64,000 nt of DNA from an uncultured Methylomirabilota bacterium. Lineage in GTDB: Bacteria > Methylomirabilota > Methylomirabilia > Methylomirabilales > 2-02-FULL-66-22. Below are positions 37,569 through 46,211 of this stretch, in pieces. The stretch covers positions 1,216,001 to 1,280,000 of the forward strand of contig CAWJSJ010000002.1 of NCBI GenBank assembly GCA_963845565.1, given 5' to 3'. Made by a program: the position numbers and the translations under genes. How positions within the stretch are numbered: position 1 is the stretch's first letter; each line of letters begins with the position of its first letter. Under the pieces are notes generated by a model that saw nothing but the letters and a program-made list of their open reading frames with translations, made no database searches and had not been told where the DNA came from.

Positions 37569-38852
37569 GTGATGACCGACCCTGTCGTCATAACGAGCGC
37601 CGGAGTCGTCTGCTCCCTTGGCATCGGCCAGGACGCGGTGTGGGATGCGCTCATCTCAGGAAAGAGTGGCGTCCGCTCCATCGCGGGCTTCGATGCCCGA
37701 GGATTCCGGTGTGCTGCCGCCCAGGTGGTTGACCTGAATAAGGACGAGTCCGGCATCGACCCCCGTGATACCCGTATCATGCGGACCCACTCGTACATGC
37801 TCGGCAAGGCCACGCGCGACGCTTTTACCAATGCCGGGCTTCCCTCCCCGTCTCTCCCGTCGGAGGCAATCGGGTTTTTCGCTGGAATGGGTATGGTCGA
37901 TTATGAGGTCAACGACCTTCTTCCGGCAGTGCTCAAGTCGCTCAACCCCGACCGCAGCATCGACTACGACACCTTTTTTTCGGAGGGATTCCAGGAAATC
38001 CACCCCCTCTGGCCATTGTCGATGCTGAACAACGTCAGTTTCTGCCTGGTTGCGATCGGTCTCGATATTCAGGGCGACAATACGGTGTTCTCCCCCCATG
38101 CGGACTCGGGCGGCCTGAGCGTGAGAGAGGCAATGCTGTCGGTCCGCGAACGGCGATCAGGCATCGCCTTCGCCGCGGGAGTCAGCGAGACCATAAGCCC
38201 CCTCAGCCTCGCGCGCATGAGCCTCGCCGGACTGCTGGCGTCCGGCGACGGGAGCGAGGAGCAGCTTCCTCGGCCGTTCGATGCCGAGCGCACGGGAACC
38301 GTCCTGGGCGAGGGCTGCGGTGTCGTCGGCCTCGAACTCCTGTCGAGCGCGCGCGCCCGCGGTGCCGCGCCGCTGGCGGAACTCTCCGGCGTCGGCGCGG
38401 CCTGTCAACACCAGGACGGTGCGACGAGCCCGACGGCGACGGCAATCGCCGTAGCGATGGAGCAGGCCCTCCGGTCGGCCGGTGTGATCCCGCAGCAGAT
38501 CGACGCGGTCATCGCCCACGGAGATGGCTCACGCGAAGGGGACGCCCGTGAAATCGAGGCGCTCCAGATGGTGTTCTCCGGCGAGATCGGCCGACTTCCC
38601 GTGTTTTCATCCAAGGGATCGCTGGGGCATCTGCTGGCCGCTGCGCCTGTCGTGGACCTGATCACCGGGATCTCGATGTTGACGCACAACACCGTCCCGG
38701 CGACGCTGCATACCCGGCGCCCCGACGCCTCGGTGCGTTTCAATCTGGTGCTCGGCTCCGCATTGCATGCGCCTCTCCACAGGATCATGATCAACTGCCG
38801 GAGTTCGGAGGGCCAGGCAGTCTCGCTGATCATCGAGAAGAGCCTGCGGTGA
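37569..38852 (+). CDS. Ketosynthase-like protein lacking the catalytic Cys (CLF/KS-beta-like)
   Basis: KS fold motifs 'RPFDAERTGTVLGEG', 'IAHGDG', 'SKGSLGHL'; the Cys site reads 'SPHADSG'. Confidence 0.8.
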   Translation: MMTDPVVITSAGVVCSLGIGQDAVWDALISGKSGVRSIAGFDARGFRCAAAQVVDLNKDESGIDPRDTRIMRTHSYMLGKATRDAFTNAGLPSPSLPSEAIGFFAGMGMVDYEVNDLLPAVLKSLNPDRSIDYDTFFSEGFQEIHPLWPLSMLNNVSFCLVAIGLDIQGDNTVFSPHADSGGLSVREAMLSVRERRSGIAFAAGVSETISPLSLARMSLAGLLASGDGSEEQLPRPFDAERTGTVLGEGCGVVGLELLSSARARGAAPLAELSGVGAACQHQDGATSPTATAIAVAMEQALRSAGVIPQQIDAVIAHGDGSREGDAREIEALQMVFSGEIGRLPVFSSKGSLGHLLAAAPVVDLITGISMLTHNTVPATLHTRRPDASVRFNLVLGSALHAPLHRIMINCRSSEGQAVSLIIEKSLR

Positions 38853-38859
38853 GAATGCC

Positions 38860-39309
38860 ATGAGATTCCTGCTCTTCGATTCAGTCGCGCAGATCACGAA
38901 GGGAAAATCGATCGTCGGTGTCAAGTGTTTTTCCCTGACCGAGGAGTTCCTCAACCGGCATTTCGCACAAACTCCCTCCGTGCCCGGTCCGCTCCTCATC
39001 GAGGCGATGGCGCAGCTCGTCGGGTGGCTGATCATCTACTCCTACGACTTCCGGCTTTCCACTTTCCTTGCACTCGTCGAGGATGTGCGCATCACTCCCC
39101 GGCTGCGTCCCGGTTTCAGCGCCGAGATCCACGGCGAGCTGATCTCTACTTCGAAACGCGATTCGCTCGGAAGGGCGCGCATGGTCTCTGCCGGCAGGGA
39201 GATCGCCTCCGTGGGCCGGATCATCTATGGCCACAGCGACCGGGTCGACCCCGAGGAGCTTGCGAGGCGATTCGCCTATTACAGCGGAATGAGGACTGAC
39301 CAGCAATGA
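38860..39309 (+). CDS. FabZ/FabA-like hotdog dehydratase
   Basis: 'HFAQTPSVPGPLLIEAMAQ' catalytic His/Glu motif. Confidence 0.82.
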   Translation: MRFLLFDSVAQITKGKSIVGVKCFSLTEEFLNRHFAQTPSVPGPLLIEAMAQLVGWLIIYSYDFRLSTFLALVEDVRITPRLRPGFSAEIHGELISTSKRDSLGRARMVSAGREIASVGRIIYGHSDRVDPEELARRFAYYSGMRTDQQ

Positions 39310-40595
39310 ACCGGCGGAAGGTCGTCATCACCGGCCTCGGTCTTGCCACCTGCCTTGGACTCTCGGTCAACGGGAACTGGCGACGCCTGATGAACGGCGA
39401 ATCAGGCATCCGAAGGCTCTCGCATCCTGCTACCGACAGCTCTCTGATCCGCGCTGCGGGTGCGCTCCGTGGCGAGGACTGGCGGACGATCGAAGAGACG
39501 TTTCGGGACGACGCCGCTGCCGGCGAAGAGCGCATGACCCTCCTTGCGCTCTGGGCGGCGCAGGAGGCGCACCAGGATGCCGCCTTGTCCGACGGCACGA
39601 TCGAGCATGGCCGGGCCGGCGTGGCCCTGGCCTCGGAAATCGGCGTCAGCCGCCTGGAGGATGTCGGTCGCTGGGTTGACCCAGACCGCACATTCAACCT
39701 GCTGCGCTTCAGCAGGGAACTGTCAGCCGTGCATCCGGAATCCCTCATGCGGCACGTGTCGCATCGCCCTGCGTCGCTGATTGCAACGAAGTATCGTTTC
39801 TCAGGCATGAACGCGACGGTGACCGCCGCCTGCGCGTCCGCGAACCAGGCGATCGGCATCGGGTACCGTGCGATCCAGCGCGGCGATGCGGACATCATGG
39901 CGGTCGGCGGCACAGCGACGATGATGAATCCCCTCGGGCTGGTCTTCTTCCTCCTGGTCACGGCGGCCTCGACGTCCCGAGACGAACCTGCCGCCATCTG
40001 CCGCCCTTTCGACCGGAAGCGATCGGGTCTGGTCATGGCGGAAGGTGCTGCGGTCGTGATGCTCGAAGAGGAGTCGCATGCCCTGAGGCGCAACGCGAAG
40101 GTCTATGCCGAGGTGGCCGGATACGGCGCGTCGCTCGACGCCTACCGGCTGACCCGGCCGCATCCCGACGGACGGGGGGCCGCGCAGTCCATGATCGCCG
40201 CCCTCCGCGACGCAGGCCTCGGCATCGACGCGATCGATTACATCAACGCCCATGGGACCAGCACGAAGCTGAACGACGTCGTCGAAACGCTCGCGATCAA
40301 GAACGTTTTCGGCGAACGCGCATACCAGATCCCGGTCAGCTCGAGCAAGTCCATGATCGGCCACACGCTCGCGGCGTCCGGCGCTCCCGAGTTCGTGTAT
40401 ACCATCCTGAGCGTTCAGCGCGACGAGATCCACCCGACGATCAATCTCAGCCAGCCGGATCAGAAGTGCGACCTCGATTACGTGCCGAACGTCGGCAGGC
40501 GGCACATCGTGAACGCAGCCCTGACCAATTCATTCGGATTCGGCGGCCAGAACGCGACGATCATCGTGAAGAAATACCGGAAGGAGGACGCATGA
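39306..40595 (+). CDS. fabF: Beta-ketoacyl-ACP synthase II-like (intact Cys-His-His)
   Basis: 'TAACASAN', 'NAHGTST', 'SKSMIGH', 'NSFGFGGQN'. Confidence 0.9.
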   Translation: MNRRKVVITGLGLATCLGLSVNGNWRRLMNGESGIRRLSHPATDSSLIRAAGALRGEDWRTIEETFRDDAAAGEERMTLLALWAAQEAHQDAALSDGTIEHGRAGVALASEIGVSRLEDVGRWVDPDRTFNLLRFSRELSAVHPESLMRHVSHRPASLIATKYRFSGMNATVTAACASANQAIGIGYRAIQRGDADIMAVGGTATMMNPLGLVFFLLVTAASTSRDEPAAICRPFDRKRSGLVMAEGAAVVMLEEESHALRRNAKVYAEVAGYGASLDAYRLTRPHPDGRGAAQSMIAALRDAGLGIDAIDYINAHGTSTKLNDVVETLAIKNVFGERAYQIPVSSSKSMIGHTLAASGAPEFVYTILSVQRDEIHPTINLSQPDQKCDLDYVPNVGRRHIVNAALTNSFGFGGQNATIIVKKYRKEDA

Positions 40596-41344
40596 AACTG
40601 GACCTGACCGGGAAGACCGCCCTCGTGACCGGGGGGTCGCGCGGCATCGGGCGGGAGACCGGCATTTTCCTGGCGCAGGCCGGAGCGCGGGTGATCATCA
40701 ACTTCCACCGATCGCGCGACGAAGCCGTCAAGATTCAGGAGGAGATTATCGCCGCCGGCGGTGCAGCCGAGATCGTCCAGGCGGATATCGGGGACCCCCA
40801 GGGAGTCGAGGCGCTCTTCGGTTACGTCAGGAAGGTCTGCAAGCGGCTCGACATCCTCGTAAACAATGCCGGCGTCATCAAGGACAACCTGTTGCTGAGC
40901 ATGGGACTCCCTGATTGGGAAAAGGTTCTCGGCCTCAACCTCCGGGGGGCGTTCCTCTGCACCAAGTTCGCCGCTGAGATGATGTTGCCGAACCATGCGG
41001 GGAAGATCATCAACATCTCGTCTGTGAGCGCGATCAAGGGCGGACGCGGACAGGTCAATTACGCCGCAGCGAAGGGCGGACTCGTCTCGTTTACGCGGGC
41101 ATGCGCCGTGGAACTTGCCGGAAAGGGCATCCAGGTCAATGCGGTCCTCCCCGGCGTGATCGAGACAGAGATGACCGTGCGCGTGCGGAAGCGCGCAGGG
41201 GAGCTGCTGCTCAATGCAATCCCGATGAGAAGATTCGGCACTCCCGCGGATGTCGCCAATCTCGTGGTCTTCCTGGCTTCCGACAAGGCCGATTACATCA
41301 CCGGTCAGACGTTCGTGGTGGACGGCGGCCTAACCGCCGCATGA
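40592..41344 (+). CDS. fabG: 3-oxoacyl-ACP reductase
   Basis: 'TGGSRGIG', 'NNAG', 'GQVNYAAAK'. Confidence 0.9.
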   Translation: MKLDLTGKTALVTGGSRGIGRETGIFLAQAGARVIINFHRSRDEAVKIQEEIIAAGGAAEIVQADIGDPQGVEALFGYVRKVCKRLDILVNNAGVIKDNLLLSMGLPDWEKVLGLNLRGAFLCTKFAAEMMLPNHAGKIINISSVSAIKGGRGQVNYAAAKGGLVSFTRACAVELAGKGIQVNAVLPGVIETEMTVRVRKRAGELLLNAIPMRRFGTPADVANLVVFLASDKADYITGQTFVVDGGLTAA

Positions 41345-41362
41345 TCATCACCCGACTGGCAC

Positions 41363-43306
41363 TCACCGGCGTCGGCGTTTGGGGGCGCCGGTCTTCGGCT
41401 TTGGGGCAAAGGTCAAGAGCCAGCGGTCGGCCCCTGGCGTCAGCCGCCAGGCCTCGCCCAGGTCGTCCGCGCACAGCATCGCCTCTTCTGCGCTGCCGAA
41501 GGCGTAGGAATCCGGGAGCATTTCGGGCATCTCGGCCCTGCCGGTCAGATACTTGGGGACGTGCCGGTTGATCTTGATCGCTTCGCGCAACCGCTCCTGG
41601 GCCGCCGGGCTATCCCCTTTCTGCCGGAATGTCCACAGGGCCCATCCATACTTCCATATCGCGCTCGCGTCGTCCGCATATTGATCGAGCAGGGCGCCCG
41701 CCTCGGTGTTGTGCCCTGTGATGAGCAGTAACGGGAGCAGGACATCCCGGACGCCTTGGTTATCATTGGGATTGAGGCGGAGTAGTTCCTGGTAGTGGCC
41801 GATCGCGTCGTCCGCCCGTTCCATCTCTTGCAGACAGTGCGCAAGCCCCATCCTTGCCCGCATGTAGGGCCGCGTCGTTCCGATTTCCCAGAAATGGCCG
41901 ACCTGATCCCGCATGATGTCTGGTCCGATGGCACGCTCGCCGGCAGCGATCGCCTGCCGGTAAAGATCGAGTGAGGCTTCGGGGGTGACCGCCTCTTCGG
42001 CCAGCAGAACGTAGGCGTCGGCGCAGTCCGGCGACACCTGCAACGCCTTCCGGGCGAGCTGGATCCGCCGTCGCCCGCGCGAATCGAATGCGCGGTACAT
42101 GAGCTCCTGCGCCTTCTCCAGCGGCGTCGTGGCGGTGGACGGCATCGCGTCCGCGGGGCGTCCGACGAAGCGCTCCTGGATCGCCGCGTTCGCCTCCTCC
42201 ACACTCCGGAAATTGGATGCGGCCATGAACCGCTCGATGTCGGTTGTCACGCGTTCCATGGCCCGCCGGTCGGGGATGCGGCCCGGCCGCGTCTTTGGTG
42301 GTGCGTCGAACGGTTCGAGAAGCTCGGGGAGACACAGCGTGACCGTCTTTGGCCCGTCGGAGGTCCGGACCTCCTTGGACCAGCGGCCCTGGTCCATCTC
42401 GTCCTCGCCGGTCGCCGCCAGGGCCAGCAAGAGGCCCTCCAGATCGGCGAGGGTTCCGGCGTCGGGTCGACGGATCTCTCCGCCGGGGCCGAACCAGACC
42501 GCCACGGGATACGCCTGATCGCCGGCCGCCGGGAGGGCGTGTTCCTCCCACAGGTCAGCGTCATGGAGCGACAGATCCATGATGGGGCCGTACAGAACCG
42601 CCCACTTGCCCCGCTGCTCGAAATACTCTTCGGGATCGCGCGCATCGAAGAGGCTTTCGAAGTCTTCCGGCGTCTCGTAAAAACCCAGCCCGAAGGTCTC
42701 CCCTGCACCGCCGAGTACCGTCAGATGGCGGAGGCCCGCGGCGACCGGACTCTCGACATGGACCAGGTCCTCGTCGGACAGATGCCGCCACGGCGCGGCG
42801 CGATAAAAGTCGCTCGCGGCGGCCGCAAAAGCCCGCACGCGGTCAACCGTCACGCCGGCCCCGTCCATCGCGCCCGGCGGGAGCGGCTTTCCGCTCATGT
42901 GTTCGGCGAGGTGAGCCAGGACGTCCTTGAGGGCGGCGAGGTCCTTGGTCACGGACACGGCGATCCCTGCGTTTACCAGTGCGCCGCGCAAGTACGTGGC
43001 CAGCGCCTCGTCGGCGACCTCGATGCGACTCGGCCGGCACCCGGCCAGTTCTCGCTTGAGGCCGAATTCCAGCAGTCCCTCCAACATCAAGGCGGGCGCC
43101 GGAATGCCACCGCTGGAATCCGACTTCTCGTGCACGATCCCTGTACGCAGGCTGACCCAAAAAGCGCCCCAGGGGCGGTACGGCTTCCCGTCCGGTCCAT
43201 TCTCGACCCAGGCAGGGATTCGAACAGCGCCACCCTGCCACACCTCGGCAGGATTCCGGGGGAGTCGAGCGAATCGGGCGAGCATTTCAGGAGGGATAGG
43301 GCTCAT
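41363..43306 (-). CDS. Uncharacterised protein with a C-terminal TPR region
   Basis: Long ORF with host-like codon use; C-terminal 'ALQVSPDCADAYVLLA...RPYMRAR...LLRLNPNDNQGVR' TPR-like family pattern. Confidence 0.75.
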   Translation of the reverse strand: MSPIPPEMLARFARLPRNPAEVWQGGAVRIPAWVENGPDGKPYRPWGAFWVSLRTGIVHEKSDSSGGIPAPALMLEGLLEFGLKRELAGCRPSRIEVADEALATYLRGALVNAGIAVSVTKDLAALKDVLAHLAEHMSGKPLPPGAMDGAGVTVDRVRAFAAAASDFYRAAPWRHLSDEDLVHVESPVAAGLRHLTVLGGAGETFGLGFYETPEDFESLFDARDPEEYFEQRGKWAVLYGPIMDLSLHDADLWEEHALPAAGDQAYPVAVWFGPGGEIRRPDAGTLADLEGLLLALAATGEDEMDQGRWSKEVRTSDGPKTVTLCLPELLEPFDAPPKTRPGRIPDRRAMERVTTDIERFMAASNFRSVEEANAAIQERFVGRPADAMPSTATTPLEKAQELMYRAFDSRGRRRIQLARKALQVSPDCADAYVLLAEEAVTPEASLDLYRQAIAAGERAIGPDIMRDQVGHFWEIGTTRPYMRARMGLAHCLQEMERADDAIGHYQELLRLNPNDNQGVRDVLLPLLLITGHNTEAGALLDQYADDASAIWKYGWALWTFRQKGDSPAAQERLREAIKINRHVPKYLTGRAEMPEMLPDSYAFGSAEEAMLCADDLGEAWRLTPGADRWLLTFAPKPKTGAPKRRRR

Positions 43307-43384
43307 GGCTGGGCCTCGCATCTGAGTGAGAGAAATCGGCGACCATTCAACGCGCACATATTCCCCGAGCGGAGAGGATTGGGG

Positions 43385-43627
43385 CTACCGCTCGGTGGAG
43401 CCGATGGGGAGGAATCGGATGCGGTAGCGGGACTCTTCGAGCGAAATCACCGCCCCTCGCGCCGGTGCCACGGTTGATTGCGCAAGGACGGTAGCGAGTC
43501 GATCGATGACGTGCAATGCGCGTGTAATACGAAGACGAAAAACGATCACCTGGACAGCATCATGGCCGCCATCGCGAAGCCATCGGACGACGCGAATATC
43601 AACACCCATGTCCGCCAGAAACCTCAT
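43385..43627 (-). pseudogene. DUF5615 PIN-like (VapC45-like) toxin with an internal in-frame deletion
   Basis: 'MRFLADMGV...WLR..GHDAV' is joined directly to 'VIVFRLR...RIRFLPI'; the central segment is absent (80 aa). Confidence 0.7.
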
Positions 43628-43636
43628 GAACTACCC

Positions 43637-43849
43637 TCAGGATACCCGGAGTTCTTCCTGTGCCGGCCAGGTTGCGTATTCAAGGGCTTGTTGGACATCC
43701 TCATGTTCAAGATCCGGGAATCCTAACAGAATCTCCTCGAGTGGTGCCCTGTGGGCCACCTGCCCAACAATAACCGACACAGGGATCCGCATCCCTCGAA
43801 TGCACGCCCGCCCAAAAATCTGTGGGTCAAATGTTATTCGATCAAACAC
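43637..43849 (-). CDS. DUF433 (VapB45-like) antitoxin
   Basis: 'DRITFDPQI..RACIRGMRIPV...EEIL..FPDL..EDVQQAL.YA'. Confidence 0.85.
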   Translation of the reverse strand: MFDRITFDPQIFGRACIRGMRIPVSVIVGQVAHRAPLEEILLGFPDLEHEDVQQALEYATWPAQEELRVS

Positions 43850-44187
43850 CGTAACCCCCTCTTAACGCCTAGGCATGATGACGGCGGCGCGAAGGAGTAT
43901 ACCATAGTGACCTCTCTCCGTCGTACGCTCCGTCTCTGCCGGCGTCAAAGTTCCCTCGAGCCCTTTCGCGAGCAGAAAAGAACCGCAACGCTACCTGGCC
44001 CAACACCTGCTTTGAGTTGCATCGCGGAGCCCCCTGAGCACGCCTCGCCTCCTTCGGTGCAGTGGGCAACCCAAAACGGAGATGCCGTCGCACGCCCTGG
44101 CTAGCGCTGGGGGGTGGGTGTGCCGTATGCTCAGAGCCCTCGCTTGGCACCCTCCGTGAATAGTTTGCTTCCACCACGGGGGCGGGG

Positions 44188-44430
44188 ATGGTCACCGGGG
44201 CGTACAAGCCGCGCAACCCCAAGGCATCAGCCCTCTACCAGTGCGTGCAGACGCATTTCGCCGCATTCGAGGCGAACTACGCCCGCGGTATCAGGCGCAG
44301 TACGGTTTCTATCGCCCAGTGATCAGCCGGTTCGTCGAGAGATTCCTCACCTGTGGTGATTTCACCAAGGGATTCGCGAGGTTCCGCTGCGACACCTGGC
44401 GCCGGCGCCAAAGAACGAATTCCTTTCACC
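44188..44430 (+). mobile_element. Internally deleted IS91-family element: transposase N-terminal Zn-domain fragment fused to the right-end tip
   Basis: 'MVTGAYKPRNPKASALYQCVQTHF..' then frameshift to 'YGFYRPVISRFVERFLTCGDFTKGFARFRCDT', directly followed by GCGCCGGCGCCAAAGAACGAATTCCTTTCACC. Confidence 0.75.
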
Positions 44431-44556
44431 CACCTGATCACCCTGATCGCTTTGGAAGCCGCCCTCGCCGCCGAGCAGGTGAAGCTCCCCCGCGGTTCCG
44501 GCGTGGACGCGGCCGCGGCGGTATATTGCGAGGCGGAGAAGTCCTGTAGATCGTAA
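44431..44556 (+). pseudogene. Orphan 3' gene fragment, resembling a class V (alanine-glyoxylate/PucG-like) aminotransferase C-terminus
   Basis: 'LITLIALEAALAAEQVKLPRGSGVDAAAAVY' followed by a stop. Confidence 0.45.
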
Positions 44557-45076
44557 GAAGGGCGTACGCCGACAGCCACAGCCTGCAAGGAATTGTGGCT
44601 CTATTGGACATGAGGCGCTGAAAGCCACAGCCGGCCTCACCCGCCGTATTCAACAACAGGGTTCGCGAGTACTGCGGGAATGGCCACATCCCAATGCGCA
44701 ATGCCCAAGGCTGTTGCCACCGGGAAACCACAAGAGCGACAGAGCGTCAGGCGTCGCCAGTCGGTTTGGCCATTTGTACCTTGGCATTCGTCGTGCGTTC
44801 CAGGTGCTTCCCGGATCGTGCGTGAACAGTCCGAGCCAATTGCGTCCGAGCCACCTGGCCCTTGACATTGTGTTCCTAAGCGTCAGATACTCCCCCCAGC
44901 ACGTTGGGGACCGCCCGCAAGGCGCGGAACGGCCCTTAGTCAGGCTCCCGAAGCGGTGAATCGACCCCGCGTGGCGCCGGCACCCATTGGCAGCTTCGAT
45001 CACCGTTCACGTGCGATCGGTATGTGATCGGATTCTGCCGGGAGAAGCGCACTAGTAGGCAAGAGGAGGGTCCATC

Positions 45077-45568
45077 GTGTACAGGAATATCTTGCTGCCA
45101 ACTGACGGATTGGGAAAATGTAAGTTCGGAACCTGTCACGGTATAGTCCTGGCCAATGAGCTCGGCGCCAAGCTGACAGCGGTTCACATCACAGGCAGGC
45201 TCAGCGCCCGCGAACTCATGGAGGCCTATCACCCGGACGTACTCTCGAAGCCTTCGGAAGGCAAAGCGGCAAAGGCGGCGCTCGCCGAGGCTGAGGAGGC
45301 GAAACGGGAGGTTTCCGAGAGAGCGCTCGAAGTGGCGAAAGAGATGTGCGCTGCATTCAATGTTCCGTGCGAAACGGTGCGAATCGAGGGCGAATCTCCT
45401 GTGGACGGCATCCTTCGCGTCGCGAAGGAGAAGGGTTGCGACCTCATCTTCATTTCAACGCACGGGAAACCCGGTATCGTTGGAAACCTGTTTGGCACCA
45501 TCGCCACGAAGGTGCTCTCAAAATCGAAGATCCCAGTCCTGATTCACCATTGCGGGGGGCCGAACTGA
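45077..45568 (+). CDS. Universal stress protein
   Basis: 'YRNILLPTDG', 'CDLIFISTHG', 'GTIATKVL..SKIPVLI'; GAGGAGG RBS before the GTG start. Confidence 0.9.
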   Translation: MYRNILLPTDGLGKCKFGTCHGIVLANELGAKLTAVHITGRLSARELMEAYHPDVLSKPSEGKAAKAALAEAEEAKREVSERALEVAKEMCAAFNVPCETVRIEGESPVDGILRVAKEKGCDLIFISTHGKPGIVGNLFGTIATKVLSKSKIPVLIHHCGGPN

Positions 45569-45599
45569 GGGATCGATCCTTCCCATTCTCCCGAGAGAG

Positions 45600-46058
45600 C
45601 GGGTGGGCGCAGGACCCGGGCCAATCCACCGAAGTCTCGGGCGCTGCCGCAAAGCGTGCCTGGGCGCGCCTGATCACGCAGGTGCACGAAGTGGATCCCC
45701 TGGTCTGCCCGCGCTGCGCGGGGGCGATGTGCTCATCGCGTTCGTCGAACAACCCGACGTCATCGCGAAGATCCTGACCCCCTCGGGCTCTGGCCTGCGC
45801 GCAGGCATAGCCCACCCCTCGCCTTGCTCGCCGCGTAGAGGTAGTTCCTGCTGTTCGGCATCCTCCTCGCCGCGGGCGTTCGCTCCCCGTCGCCCCGGCT
45901 CCCTCCGTTCGCCCTTGACACCCGTCCCCGGTGCACCCGATACTCCCGCCCGGCGGCCAAGGATGCGCGCGCGAGTCGCGATTCGGCACCGCCGGCGAGC
46001 TCACGGGACGGCGAGAGCGCAATCCTCGCGCCGGCGCCAAAAGCGAATTCCTTTCACC
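45600..46058 (+). mobile_element. IS91-family transposase C-terminal remnant (frameshifted) plus right end, copy B
   Basis: Three successive frames read 'AWARLITQVHEVDPLVCPRCAGAM', 'LIAFVEQPDVIAKIL' and 'LGLWPARRHSPP..*'; then TTGACA-N18-GATACT and the terminal CCAAAAGCGAATTCCTTTCACC. Confidence 0.8.
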
Positions 46059-46211
46059 AATATCCTATCACCGTCCGTGATTTCCACGTCGAAGGCGTCG
46101 CCGCCTCCAAACCGGAAGCCGACCCGCCATTGATCGTTGATGCGGATGCTCCACTTCACCGCAAGTTCGGTCGGTTACTTTGACCGATACACTTCAAGCG
46201 AGGGAATTATC

